From: Cyanophora paradoxa CCMP329
Taxonomy: Eukaryota; Plantae; Glaucophyta
Length of the DNA: 64,000 nt
Direction: 5' to 3'
NCBI GenBank assembly: GCA_004431415.1
Contig: QPMI01000637.1
Coordinates: 186,001-250,000, forward strand
Each line of letters begins with the position of its first letter. The stretch's first letter is position 1. The translations under genes were made by a program, and so were the position numbers. The notes below the pieces were generated by a model that saw only the letters and a program-made list of their open reading frames with translations, was not told the DNA's origin and did not search any database. Below, piece after piece: positions 39,801-51,900 of the stretch.

Positions 39801-42800
39801 GTGGCCCTCGTGATTCTCCGGCACCTGCGCAGCGCAACAAAGCCGAATGAGAACCACAATAATGTCACATTGATTACAGAGCAAAACAAAAATCTCCGCG
39901 CCAACGGGTTCTGCCAATCAATCTCCGAGCGCTTCACAGGGCCCGGGAGGGAGAGCAGCAGGTCCAGCGCCAGCCTGCACGCGCGGGTGCCCGCGATCGC
40001 AATCTCGAGCCCGGGCTCGAGCGGCGCAGGCGCAAGGCGGGGCCCCCGCGCGCACCGCCCGTGATCGAGGCCGCCTTCCATTCGCACGGCCCACCAGATG
40101 ACGCTGGCGAGACTGCGGGGCGTCAGCGCGAGGCGTCGCGTGTGCAAGTGGAGGGCACGTGCACGAGCTTGCACGCACGCTTGCACAGATTTGTCTCTTT
40201 GATGGCCCGTGTCCAGATCGAGAGAGAGCTCGCCGCTCGCGAGCTGCTCCAGGAGGAACCCTCGGAGCGCCGGTTTGTACCAGCTATGCGCCAGCGCGGC
40301 TGCCACCTCGGCCCGCGATGCAGGCACAAGCTGGAAGAGTAATCTGCGCGAGGCATCGACAGCGATAGCGACGTCGGCTGGCGGCGGGGCGGGCGAGCGC
40401 ACTGGAGGCCTTCGACGTTGCCCTGCTTGGCGAGGGAGACGACCACCGTGTCGCCGGCCTTCGTCGCCGCGGCGGGGTCGGCGCCGCTGCGCAGGAGCGC
40501 GCCGAGGGCCTCAGGCGGGCAGTTCGCCGAGCCCGCGGCGAGCAGGAGGGCCGTGGCGCCGCGGCTGTCCCGCTCGTGCACGTCCGCCCCCGCCGCGCAG
40601 AGCAGCTCGACGCAGCGCGCGTGGTCCGCCGGTCCTCCCACCTTCCCGTTCGCGTTGGCGGACGGCTTGGCCGCGTACAGGAGCGCTGACTGGTTCTTCT
40701 CGTCGCGCATATTCACGTCCGCGCCGCCCTTGAGGAGCACCCTGGCGTCAGAGGCGAGGATCAGAGTGGGAATTTCGCAGCGTTAAGGAATTCGAAATTT
40801 GCGGCTTTCGCGCACTCGACTGCCGAGGCACACGCGCGGCGCGCGGCGCTGTGGAGGGGCGTCGGGCCGTCGCCGCGCCGCTCGCCCTCCTTCCGCACGT
40901 TGGGGTTGGCGCCGCGGGCGAGCAGCATGCGGTAGACCTCAGGCTCGTCGACCAGCTCGGCGCAGAGGCCGAGGGGCGCCACGCCCGCGCTCCGCACGTT
41001 CGGGTCCGCCCCCGCCTCCAGCAGCAGGCCCAGGACGGCGACGAGCCCGCGCTCGCCCGGCTCCCTCGCCCCGTAGCCCGCCGCCCCCACCGCCGCGAAC
41101 ACCGCGCCCTCGTTGCGCCCGCCGTGCCGCACGTCGGCGCCCCTCTCCAGGAGCAGCCTCGTCATCTTCGCGCTCTTGAGCGCGCTGAGCAGACCCTCGT
41201 TCGGGTCGCCACCGCTGTCGAGGGCCAGAAGGAGCATCTCGAGGGGGTCGACGCCCAGACGAAGGTCTTGGGGGCTCCTGAGCTTCCCAGCCGCGCCGTC
41301 CTTCAGATCGCCCTCCGCCCGGACGGCCGCGGACACGAGAGGGGCGAGGAACTCGCAGCCGCTGAGCTCCGGCATGGCCTTCTGCTCGGGGGAGAGGCGT
41401 GGGACGACGCCGCGGGCGATGAGGTGCCGCGCAAGCGGAGGGTCGGCCGAAGGCCCGTGCAGAACGCGGGCGAGCGCCTGCACGGCGGCCGGCGTGGCCG
41501 GTGGCAGCGCTATTTTTAGGTCGTCCAGGAGGCTGGGCGCACGGAGGGGGGGGGGGGGGTGAGGATACGACCCGGACAACGGTTGCGGGCTTGGAAATCG
41601 TATATACGCGCACAGAAGATCGTCGAGGTCGAAGAGGGAGAGGGGGTAGGTGCCAGTGCGGGCAGCGGCGTGGCCGCCTTCGAGGCTGTAGCAGGCCGAG
41701 TGGTCGAAGTGCGCGAGCGGGGGCCCCTCCTTGGCGAACGGGTCCGCCCCGCGTGCGAGGAGCTCGCTGATTATAAGTGGAGAACGGTGACGAGGTCAGC
41801 CTTGCAATTGCGACGTGGTAGCCGCGAGCAGCGCGCGATGCTCACCGGATGACGGCGGCGCGGGCGCGGCGGGAGCCCTCCAGGCGGGGGTCCCGCAGGA
41901 GCAGGGCGAGGTAGAGGGCGCTGTGGCCCGCCGAGTCCCGCCCGTTCGGGTCGCACCCGCGCCCCAGCAGCTCCCTGCCCCGCTCCCGCGATCAGCGCCG
42001 CCACGCATACGATCAACGGCGCCGGCATTTAATCTTCTCAATTGCATGCACATGCGCATGCCTGACAGAGGAGAGGTCGTTGTTGACGGCCGCCTGGGCG
42101 AGGCACGGGGCGTGGATCGGAGGTGATGGCTTGTTGGCGGACAAGATCGAGGCCCGCACGGCCTGGAGCGGGTGGCAGGAGAGCTCGAGCGCCCTCGGGG
42201 CGCGGCAGTCCGCGCCCAGGGCGAGCAGCGCCCTGGCGGTGGCGGAGTGGCGGCCGGCGAGGGCGAGCCCGAGGGCCGAGGGGAGGCCGCTGCCGGGGCG
42301 GTCCACGGGGGCGCCGCGCTCCGCGAGGAGCCGCACGACGCCCGCGGCGCCGCACGCAGCCGCGAGCTCCAGGGCCGACGGGCCCGCCGGCTCCGGCGGG
42401 GCCCGCGAGGGCCACGGCGCTGCGGTAACGGGCGAAACGCGTGTCGATGCGCGAGCTGCTGCGACGCGTCTTGAAAGAAAGACGCACTTCGCTGCTGGAT
42501 GAAGCAGGGGTCTGCGCCCTTCGCGAGAAGTTCCCTGGGCGGCCACACACGTGAGCGACGAGATCGAATCGAGATCGAATCGAGTGCCGACCTGACGGCT
42601 ACAAGTTTGCCGTTCGCGCAGGCGGCTTCGATGGGAGAGCCGAAGGAAAGGAAGGCCGGCGCCTCGGAACCGGCCTTCACGCCAGGCGGTGTCAAAACGA
42701 GTGCCGTCGCACTCGCACCGTTATCGAGCAGCAGCCTGGAGCAATTTCATTCAGTGAGAATCAGATTTGAATCTATTCAGTAAGAAGCGAATTAATTCGG

Positions 42801-45800
42801 TTAGGAGCTTGAATGAAGAGCGGGACTAACAAAATAACGTTAGCATGCGCAAAATCGAGTTTTCAAGAGCACCTAAGGACCTCCATCGAACCAGACCCAG
42901 CAGCCGCGACGAGGGCGCGTTCGGTGTCGCCCTTGTCGAGACCGCCCGAATCCAACAGCGTTCTGCGGCCTCCTTTAGCTGCAGGGGGGGACAGAAATCG
43001 GGCATTGCCCGTCGAGAAGAAGGTCCCGCACTGGGCCAGCTCTGCGTCGCCACGTTTCGCGGCCGCCTCCAGCGCGGCAGCGCGGCCGGCGGCACCCCGC
43101 TGCAGCAGCGCGCTGCACGACCGGATCCGGAGCGTCAGTCGTCAGTCGAAGATATCGCCTTTACGAAATTGAAATTTCGAGTGGAAGGGCGAACCCAACG
43201 AGAGCGATGAGGCCGGCTTCAGCTGCGAGCTCAAGCGCCGTCCGAATCCGCGCGCCGGGAATAGACAGGTTCGTATATGTGGCTTCGCTCACGTCGCAGC
43301 CCGCCTCCACGATGCACCTGACGCGGACGCCGATCGTGAGGTTAATGAGGAGCCGGCCAAACAGTCGAGATCCGCGGGGGCGCACCGCGCTATCTCCTCG
43401 TGGTGATTCGCGATGGCCGCCTCGAGCGCCCGCTGCCCGGTGCACGGCGAACCTTGCCGCATCGCCACGCCGAGCTCTGCTCCCGCTTCCAGGAGCGCCC
43501 GAACGACAGCGACGTGGCCGGCCGCGGCGGCGGCGAGGAGGGCCGTCGCGCCCTTTTCCCTCGGGGCGCCCTGCACTCCCGCCAGGTGCTCGTCGCGGGC
43601 GTTGACGTCGGCGTCCCGCTGCAGGAGAAACCTGTGCTGGCAGTGACGGGGACGGAGATCTCGAGAGTGCATATTCAAAGCGCGCAGAAATTGAAAGGCG
43701 CACCTAACAGCTTCGACATCGCCGCGCAGCGCGGCATGCACGATGGGCGGCCGAGTTTCGGGGGCGGGGCGCCCGCTGGCGTCCCGAGTCCAATGGTGCG
43801 TCCAGCCGCCCGGCGGGTCCTTCTGCGTACTCCATTCAAGAAGCGCGCCCTTTGCTGGGGAGCTTGTGTTCAAATTAACAGCGAGGCCGCGCGCCTCCAG
43901 CAGGCTGCGAGGCGCGTTCGGGCGCGCGAGGCAGCGAGAGCGGCTCGCGCGCGCGACTTGCAATTGGCGCGCACCGAACGACGCTGGGATGAGACAGGGC
44001 CGCCGCCTCCCCCGCGAGGCTCCACCTCGAGCCGTCCGCGCGCACCCCCTCCAGCTTGCAGCCCGCCGATACGAGGAGCCTGCCGCGAGTCGAGCCATTT
44101 GAAAGAGACCTAGCTATAGGATGGGGAGACAGCAGATCCAGACAGGCGCACTCGAGGGCCTCCCGGTGGCCGCAGCGGGCGGCGGCCAGCGCGGCCGTCA
44201 TGCTCGAGAAGGGGCACGCGGCCTCGAGGTCCGCGCCGGCCTCGAGCAGGAACCGCAGCGTCGCGACGTGCCCACCCGCCCCGGCGCACACGATGGCCGG
44301 CGTGAAGGGCCTGCCCGCCCTCGCCCCCGCAGCGTCGAGCCCCGCCCCCAATTCCACAAACACACTGCGCACGTGGAACGTCCATTAAATTGGAGCCGGG
44401 CACCTTAGATAATTAGCGGTGCGAAGCCTCGACAAGGTTTTTAAAAGGCCGCGGTGCTGACCGCACGCAGTCGAGGTGACCCTTGACTGCCGCGAAGCAG
44501 ACCGCCGTCGGCCAGTTGGACAGGCTGCTCGCGTCGCTAAAGTTCACGTCGATGCCGTCGGCTGCGAGCGCCCTGCGGCACGAACATCAATATTTGCTCG
44601 CGTGCCCTGGGTCACATCTCTAGATCAGGAGCCTAGGCCTGGCCTCGGCCCCCGCGTCGTCAATCGCTCAGCGGCACCAACCAGGTCCCGGCCACGGCCA
44701 CGACTGGCGCGGATCCGGCCCCACGGTTTGCTATTTGTCAAACAGGACCCCCCCCCCCCCCCCCCACCGGCGCACATTCCAAAAAATATTGAAAATCTAG
44801 GCTGGCGAATATGGAATTTTAACATTTATATATACGTATGGCGGACCTGACGGCAGGGACGCTGCCGCCGATGGCCGCCCACACGAGGGCGCGCTCCCCC
44901 GGGTTCTTGTCCCAGTTAGACTCCCTTCCCCGCAGCTCCTCCAGCATCGTCCTGTGCGATGGATTTCGAATCGTCTTTGACAGAGGGTGGGGCGGGTGGG
45001 GCGGGTGCGAGAAGTCGAAGGCACCGCACCGGAGAGATTCGACGTCGCCGTGGTGCGCGGCCATCTCGGCGTCTTTTGGGCCAAAGAACCCCCGGCAGCG
45101 CACTCCGCTCTCGAAGAACGCGCTGTCGCGGGCCGCAATCGTGGGCAGCTGCACGGCCAAGTCGGCTCTAGATCTGGTCTGGGATCGCACCGGAGGAGGC
45201 TCGCGGGCGTGGCGGGCGCCGCCGCTCGCGCGAAGAACGCGGCCTCCAGGGCTTCCTCGGCCTCCTTCGCGGGGAACGCGTCCGGGGGCCGCACGGCCCC
45301 CAGCAGCGCCCGCACGCATCCCTCGGACCCGGCGCGCGCCGCGTCGAGCAGCGCCGTGCGCCCGCCCCGGTCGGGCGCGAGCGGCTGCGCTCCGGCGTCG
45401 AGAAGCGCCCTGAAAACAAAGAGATTCCCCGATTAATATTAGCCGCATGCGCAGTGCGCGCCGCCACTGAGCTAGAGGGCCGGCGCGGGCCGGGCCGGCC
45501 GCGGGCCGGGCCCGCGGGGCGCCGGCCCGTGCCAGGCCGCGCGGGAGACGTGCGCGCGGGCTACAGCAGCTTAGAAGCGTTCTCTGCAAAGGGATGAAGC
45601 ACCTAACGGCGTCGACGTGCCCGGCGGCGGCAGCTTCGTGAAGGGCGGACCGCCCCTCGCGCCCCCAATCGCCGAGCGCGTCCCGAGCGACCTCCAACGC
45701 ATTGCTGCGCATCTTGAATGAGCCAGGAGATCGCCCGAAGGCATCTACATGCATATGTGTGCGCATGGCGGGCCGGCGTGGGCTGAATGCGGACCGGAGC

Positions 45801-45880
45801 GCTTGCACGTCCCCCGAGCGCGCCGCTCGTTGCAGGGCCGTCAGACCATCGGTTCCGACGTCTGGAGGCTTCTCGTCCAT
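36818..45880 (-). CDS. Multi-exon ankyrin-repeat / TIR-like / TIR-like / coiled-coil protein with C-terminal CaaX (CSIS); catalytic TIR Glu replaced by His
   Basis: Starts MDEKPPDVGTDGLTALQRAARSGDVQALR and contains many ankyrin repeats (e.g. GPTPLHSAARR, GADVNMRDEKNQSALLYAA). The spliced TIR reads KDVFIS|RAGAAPDRALAHALRAALEAAGIT|..VVVLV|VSAAGVGGELCRGHLAEARRLGRAVYPVW. A second TIR-like block (AAFVPLLSEVSLAEPLLRDRLQA) and LSALKEELRRLQA follow. The protein ends ARSKSKSSACSIS-TGA (36820-36818). Confidence 0.75.
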
Positions 45881-45996
45881 CAGGGGCAGTGCCTCCGATC
45901 AACGCCGGCCGGGGGTACGCATCGCGATCCGCGAAAGGATGCTCTTCAACAGTTCGTGTCCTAGGCTTAGCAGCAGCAGTCTGCAGCGCAGAACAG
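45881..45996. promoter_or_regulatory. Putative compact bidirectional promoter between the divergent ANK-TIR paralogs
   Basis: Only 116 bp separate the minus-strand ATG (45880) and the plus-strand ATG (45997). Both start codons are inferred. Confidence 0.5.
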
Positions 45997-48900
45997 ATGG
46001 AAAAGGCTTCTTTTGACGTCTGTGCGAGAGGGGAGGGTTGGCGGACGCCTCTAGATGCTGCTGCGGACGCTGGCGATGTCTCCACTCTCAGGTCCGCATG
46101 CGCGGCGGGGGGGCGCATGCGCGCGCTTCAGCCTACAGCGCTTTCCAATAGTATAAAGTGGTTCAAAGTACGCGCGAGGGTGCATCTCCGGTTCTATAGC
46201 TATGCGTCAAACGCGAGGATAGCTGCTGCGCGTGCGGCGCGCCTAGATCGGGTGCAGTAAGATGATCGTGTGCGCTCTAACGGCGCTCGTAAGCGCAGGT
46301 CGCTCCTCGATCGCGGCGGGGAGCTCCACTGGCACATCAACGACTGCGGGCCCGATGGGTCGACTCTCCTCCTCCGCGCGGCGGAAGCAGCACAGGATCA
46401 GGGATCCGACCGCAATCTGGAGGTCTTCAGGCTGCTCCTCGATCGCGGCGGACGTGTGCGGCCGTTCCCCTTAGACAGGGACGGCGCTTCCCTCGCGATG
46501 TGTCGCGCCCTCGCCGCCGCGGGTGGCAAGCTCGACGAAGCGGACTTCCGGTGCGAGCCCGGCCCCGCGCGACGCTTTCGCCGCGCGCGCCGACGTCGAG
46601 CGCGGCCCGCGACGTCGATCGCGCGCAGGCGCATCCTGCAGGAGGCCCTGAAGAAGGACTTTGTCGGAGCGATGAAGGGATTCGCCGCCGCCGCCTGCTC
46701 AGTTGCCCGCTGGGGGCAGCATGGCCTCCCCCTTCTGAGGTACGCGTGCTTGCAGCTTGCCGGGGGTCCAACGGGAGCGACGGCCGCCGCGGCGCACGCA
46801 GGCAGCTGCTGGGGTGGTACGCGGGGCCGAAGGCCGAAGGCTGGAGCGAGTGCTGGGCCCTTCCCCTCTGGTCCGCCGGCGCCGAGCTCCCCCGCCAGCT
46901 TCTGGCGGCCACGTGCGAGGGCGGCAGCCTAGAAACCGTGAGGTGCCCACGCCCCCGGCCCGCGCGCGACGCCTCCCCATGGCCAATCGCGAGCGCATCC
47001 CGACCGTGCTCAGGTTCGTGGCCGAGGCGGCGGCCCGCGAGCTGCGCGACGACCCGTGGACGGCGGCGCTCGTCGCCGCCGCAGGCTTCGGGCGTCTCGA
47101 CGTCGTAAAGTGTGCCTCCCCCCCCCTCCCCCCCCTCCCCCCTCCCCCTTTCCCCCCCTCCCCACACCCGCACCCACACACCCACACCTACACACCCTCA
47201 CCAACCCCTACCCCCCTTCCCCCCTGCGAACCCCCCCCCCCCCTTATATCCCTTTCCTCTGTGCCTCTGCCCCCTCCCCGCCCCCGGCCCGGCCGTCCCC
47301 TCCCCCCTCCCCCTCCCCCCTCTCCTCCTCCCCCCCTCCCCACACCCACACCCACACACCCACACCTACACACCCTCACCCCCCCTCCCCCTCCCCCTCC
47401 TCCGAACCCCTCCCCCCCTCCCCCCCCCCCCCCCATCTCCATTTCCTCTGTCCCTCTGCCCCCTTTTTTTGAAAGATGAATTCGCACACACCGTGTCCCT
47501 CTGCCCCCTCCCCGTCCCCCCGCCCGGCTCGCCCCTCCATCCCTCTCCCCTCCTCCCTCCCTCCCTCTCCTTCAGTCCGGGTGACCCCTGCCCACAGGCA
47601 TCTGGCCGGGGAGCGGGGCGTGAACCCGCGGGGTAGCCTGAAAACGTACGGCTCGCCGATCCACTGCGCGGCTCGCTTCGGGCACGAGGAGACTTTGAGG
47701 TGCGCATGCCCCCGAGCTTGGTTCCATTCATGTTCAGCTGCACACAGAGCATTCAATCGCGAGAGGGTGGCCTAACGCTGGTGCTGCGACAGATACCTGC
47801 TGGAATTGCCGGTGCAGGAGGCGGCATCGGTCGAGGCGGCCCCGAATGCAGGCCCAAACGCCTCGTGGCCTCCCATCTTCGACGCGGCGACCAACGGGCA
47901 CGCCGCCTGCTGCTCGTGCGCCCTGCCGTCTCTCTTGCCCGCAAAGCGCCCCGCTTCAGCTCATGCCGTCGCACCAGCCTCCTCCTCGAGCGCGGTGGGG
48001 CGGATTTCAAGGCGCGGTACAGCAAAAACGAGTTGTGGGACGATCGGAATCCCAGGTGGACGCTCCTGGAGGCGGCGGCGCGGGGCGGGCACGTCGAGTG
48101 CGTGGAGCTCTTCGTCGGGGCGGGGGCGGACCTCGCGGCTGAGGGGCCCGCCCTCGTGGCGGCCGCCGCCGAGGGAGGCCACGCCGAGATGATCCGGTGC
48201 GCGCCGGTGCTGCGCGAAGATCCGAAGGTCGCGGTCGCCGCCTGACGCGCAAGGCCCCGGCCCGCGCCGGTCGCGGTGCAGCTTCCTCGCCTCGCGAGGC
48301 GTTCCCGTCGACGCCGACCCGTCCGACGCGGGTCGGAACCCTCCGATCGTCCTCGCCGCCCAGCGCCTCCGCGCTTCCTGCATCCGGTTCGTCCTTGTTC
48401 GAGACTGGAACCAAGCTTGCAATGTGAATTAAATTAAATACGATCTGCCACATGTACAGGGTTCTCGCGGAGTTGGGCGCCGCTGTGGCCGCACCGGCCA
48501 CTGACGGCTCGCTCGTCCTCCACGAAGTCTTCGTGCCCGTGCGCTCTTGACATTCTCGTGTTTCCGCCCCTGTTCGAGCGAGCGCCGCCGCCGCAGGTCG
48601 GGCTCGCTTTCGGGCAGGGCGCGGAAGACCAGTCCCGCGCGGACTTCGCGGGCGAGCAAGGGGCCAGGCACATGCAGGCGTGCTACGCGTGCCTGCGCGA
48701 GGAGGCGATCCGGTGAGCCACTGCAGCTGGAGCCTATCTGTGAGCCCTCCCTCCCTCACCTGGGCGTGATCGCGCAGGGCGTGCCTGGGGGTCGGGGCCG
48801 ACCCCCGGGCCCGGGACCGAAAGGGCCGCAGCCCGCTGCACAGGGCCCTCGCCCTGGGCCGCCACCTGAGCGCCTCCTGCTTGCAGCTGTGTGCGCACGA

Positions 48901-51900
48901 GTTCGAGCTCGCGCCGCCCGCGCGCACGTGCGATGTTGTGCTGAGAGCGGCGCCCGGCCGCGCAGTGCTGGAGGCGGGGGCGGAGGTGGACGCGGAGGCG
49001 CTCGACGGCGCCACGCCGCTGATGACGGCCCTGAAGCCGGGGGCGGCAGCGCCATCGTCCGACGCAATCGCCCTGCTCCTCGACCGCGGGGCGGACGTCT
49101 CCAGGCACGCGCGCACCTCGCACCTGCGTTTGCAAGAGATTCCTTACTGCATATTCTCCGCTACTCACTTGCGATCTCTGTCTTTCCTCCCCGTGCAGGC
49201 TGGCCGTGCAGGGCGGCCTGGCGTGCCTCTCGCCGGACCTCGCGCTCCTCCGCCGCTTCCTCGCCGCGGGGCTCCGCGCCGGCCTCGACGGGGCGCTCGT
49301 CCGGGCGCTGGGCGAAGGCTTCGCCGACGTCGCGGAGATCGCTGGGGAGCTGCTGGCGGCGGGGGCCGACCCCGCGCGCCCCCCCGCCCTTTACCACGCT
49401 ATGACCCTTGCCGAGGAGCCCGCCCTCCGCGGCTTCGCGGCGGACTTCCTAAGGCGCGCCCGCGCCCGCCGGCGCCGGCCCCGTGCCGCCCCTAAGTTGC
49501 GCGGGCGGGGGCAGGCGGGCGCTCGAGGCGGGCGCCGACCTGAACTACAACTCCCTCGAGCTGGACCTCCCCCGCGAAGTCGGCGCGCGCGCGGCACTCC
49601 CTCGGACCCCGCCAAACGACCGAGAAGCGAATCTGATGCTGCGCGCCGGCATGCGCAGGCCGACCCATCGCGGGGGCGGTGCAGGCCGGCTCGCCGGACC
49701 TGGTGCGGGCGCTGGTCGCGGGGGGCGCCTCGGCGCGCCCGGAGAGGGGCCGGCTCCCGCTGCTGTGGCTCGCCTTGGACCGGCCGGCGCAGGACTTCGA
49801 GCTCTCCGTCGAGCTCGCCAGGCGCGGCGCACCTCGGGCCTCCGCTCGGCTCTGAAGGTCGACGTCTTCTTCAAATCGATTGTCGACGCGCAGGATCCTC
49901 GTGCCCGCCGGCGCCTCGTACACGGACGTTGGCCCGCGCACCGAAACGGTGCTTGGGAGGGTCATGCAGGCGGGCCCATCCTACGCGCTCCGCCCCGCCA
50001 TCGTCCGGTGCGGGAGAGACCGCGATGCGTCGTGATCTCACGGCTTATGTTTTGCGGCTATTGTCGTCGATTTCGCGGCTGTTGTCGTCGACTTCGTGGC
50101 GAATGCCGTTTTTCGCGGCTGATTTCGCGGCAGGTTCGTCCTCGAGGAGGACGCGCGCGCCGCCGAGGCGCCCGACGCGCCGCGGCCCATCATCGCCCGC
50201 AACCCCGACGGGACCCTCAGCGGCATCGCCGCCAGGTCCCGTCCCCCTCCGCCCCGTCCCGCCCCCGATCGATTGCCTCGCGCCCTACGCCTCGCGCCGC
50301 TCATGATCGCCCGGCAGCTATGTTCTGACGTGCTTCAAAAGCGAGCTAAACGCGGACGACTGGCGGTGGGCCGGGCCGCGGCCCTTCTTCGCGAATGCTC
50401 CGATTCCGATCCGCCCACGCCAAGATAACCGCGCACGGTGTGGCTCGGCAGGCTGGCGCTCGATCTCCTGCTGCGCTGCGAAGGGCGGCTCCACGCTCTG
50501 GACTTCGTCAGGCCGCAGATGAACCTGCGGGTGCATGCGCAAGCGCACCGCCGCCGCCGTCCGCTCCCCCCGCCGTCAATGCAAAGCCTGACAGTACATT
50601 CCGCGCTGCCGCGCGCGCCAGAGCCGCGCTCCGGGTTCGGATGAGGTGCTGCGCGCCGTCCTCCGGCTGGCGGTGCTGGAGGGGCGCGTGGACCCCGACC
50701 CGCCCCCCGCGGCCTTCGAGAAGCGCGAGCCCTTCGCCCCCGAGGACGGCCCCGGGGGCGAGTCGGCGCTGGCGTGCGCGTGCCGCCACGGCCTCCGCCT
50801 CACCGCCCTCCGCCTCGCCCGCGCCGCCCCCGAGGCCGATCTCGAGCGCGCCCCGCCCGCCCGCCCCGCCACCGCCCGCCGGCGCCGCTGACGGGCGGGG
50901 GGGCGGGCCGCAGCGGGCGGGACGCGGAGGGGGAGACGGCCCTCTCGCGCGCCGTCGCCTCGGGCCCCGCCCTCCTCGCCGTCTGCGAGCTGCTCCTGAA
51001 GCGAGGCGCCGACGTTGGCGCTGTCGTGGGCAAGGCGGGCAAGCAGAGGCGCGCCTCGTTACCGCCCGGCCGCTGCCTCCTCGTCCGCTCCGGATCGAGA
51101 GCTTGAATGCCGCTGGGTCGCGGGGTCCCGGTCTCGCGCAGGCCCGTGCTGGACTGCACACGGGACGCGGAGTTCCGCGCCCGCCTCAAGAGACTCGCCG
51201 CCGTCCGCGACGTCTTCATCAGGCGCGCGCTCGCGCGAGATTTCTTTCCGAGGCGCCCCCCCCGGCCCCCTGTTTCCTCACGCGAGATCTACCCCCTCAG
51301 CTACGGGCACCACCCGCCGGAGGTCGCCCGCTTCACGGTGCAGCTGCGAGACCAGCTGCAGGCGGCCGGCGTCTCGGTCCGTCGAATTCGAATGTATATC
51401 CCCTCTGCCGTCGAAAGCGTCTCTTAACGCTCGATTTATTGCCGATCTTCGCAGTGCTGGGTGCGCCGACGTCCTCATAATTAAATGATGACCACATTGC
51501 GAAATCGCAGATATATACGCGCAAGATTTATAACAATATTCATAACTGGACGGGTGCGCAGCTGGACGAAAGCAAGCCGTCGGGGATCGAGGCGGGCACC
51601 GAGTGGCGCGAGCAGATCGGTGCGCTCATCGCCTCCAACCTATAGCCATAAATATTCGCTCCAAGCTTCTCGCTCCCTCTCTTCTTCGTAGCCTTAAGAT
51701 GTAATTTGCATGCGCAGGCGCGGGTATCAAGGCCGCCAGTGCAGTCGTCTTCGTTGCCAGCAAGGCGAGTCCGACGATCTAAATTCTTTCCAGTTCGATG
51801 CTCGCGGCTGACTCTCTCGGCCGCGCCTAGCACTCGTGCAACTCGGACTGGTGAGCGCGCGCTTTGAATTCCCGCCCAATGTCTGCGCCTCCTGATATGC

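Noticed and set aside
47010-47775. Extensin-like poly-Pro / poly-Gly ORFs
   Set aside because: They are translations of an intronic C-rich tract flanked by ankyrin exons and may include sequencing noise.
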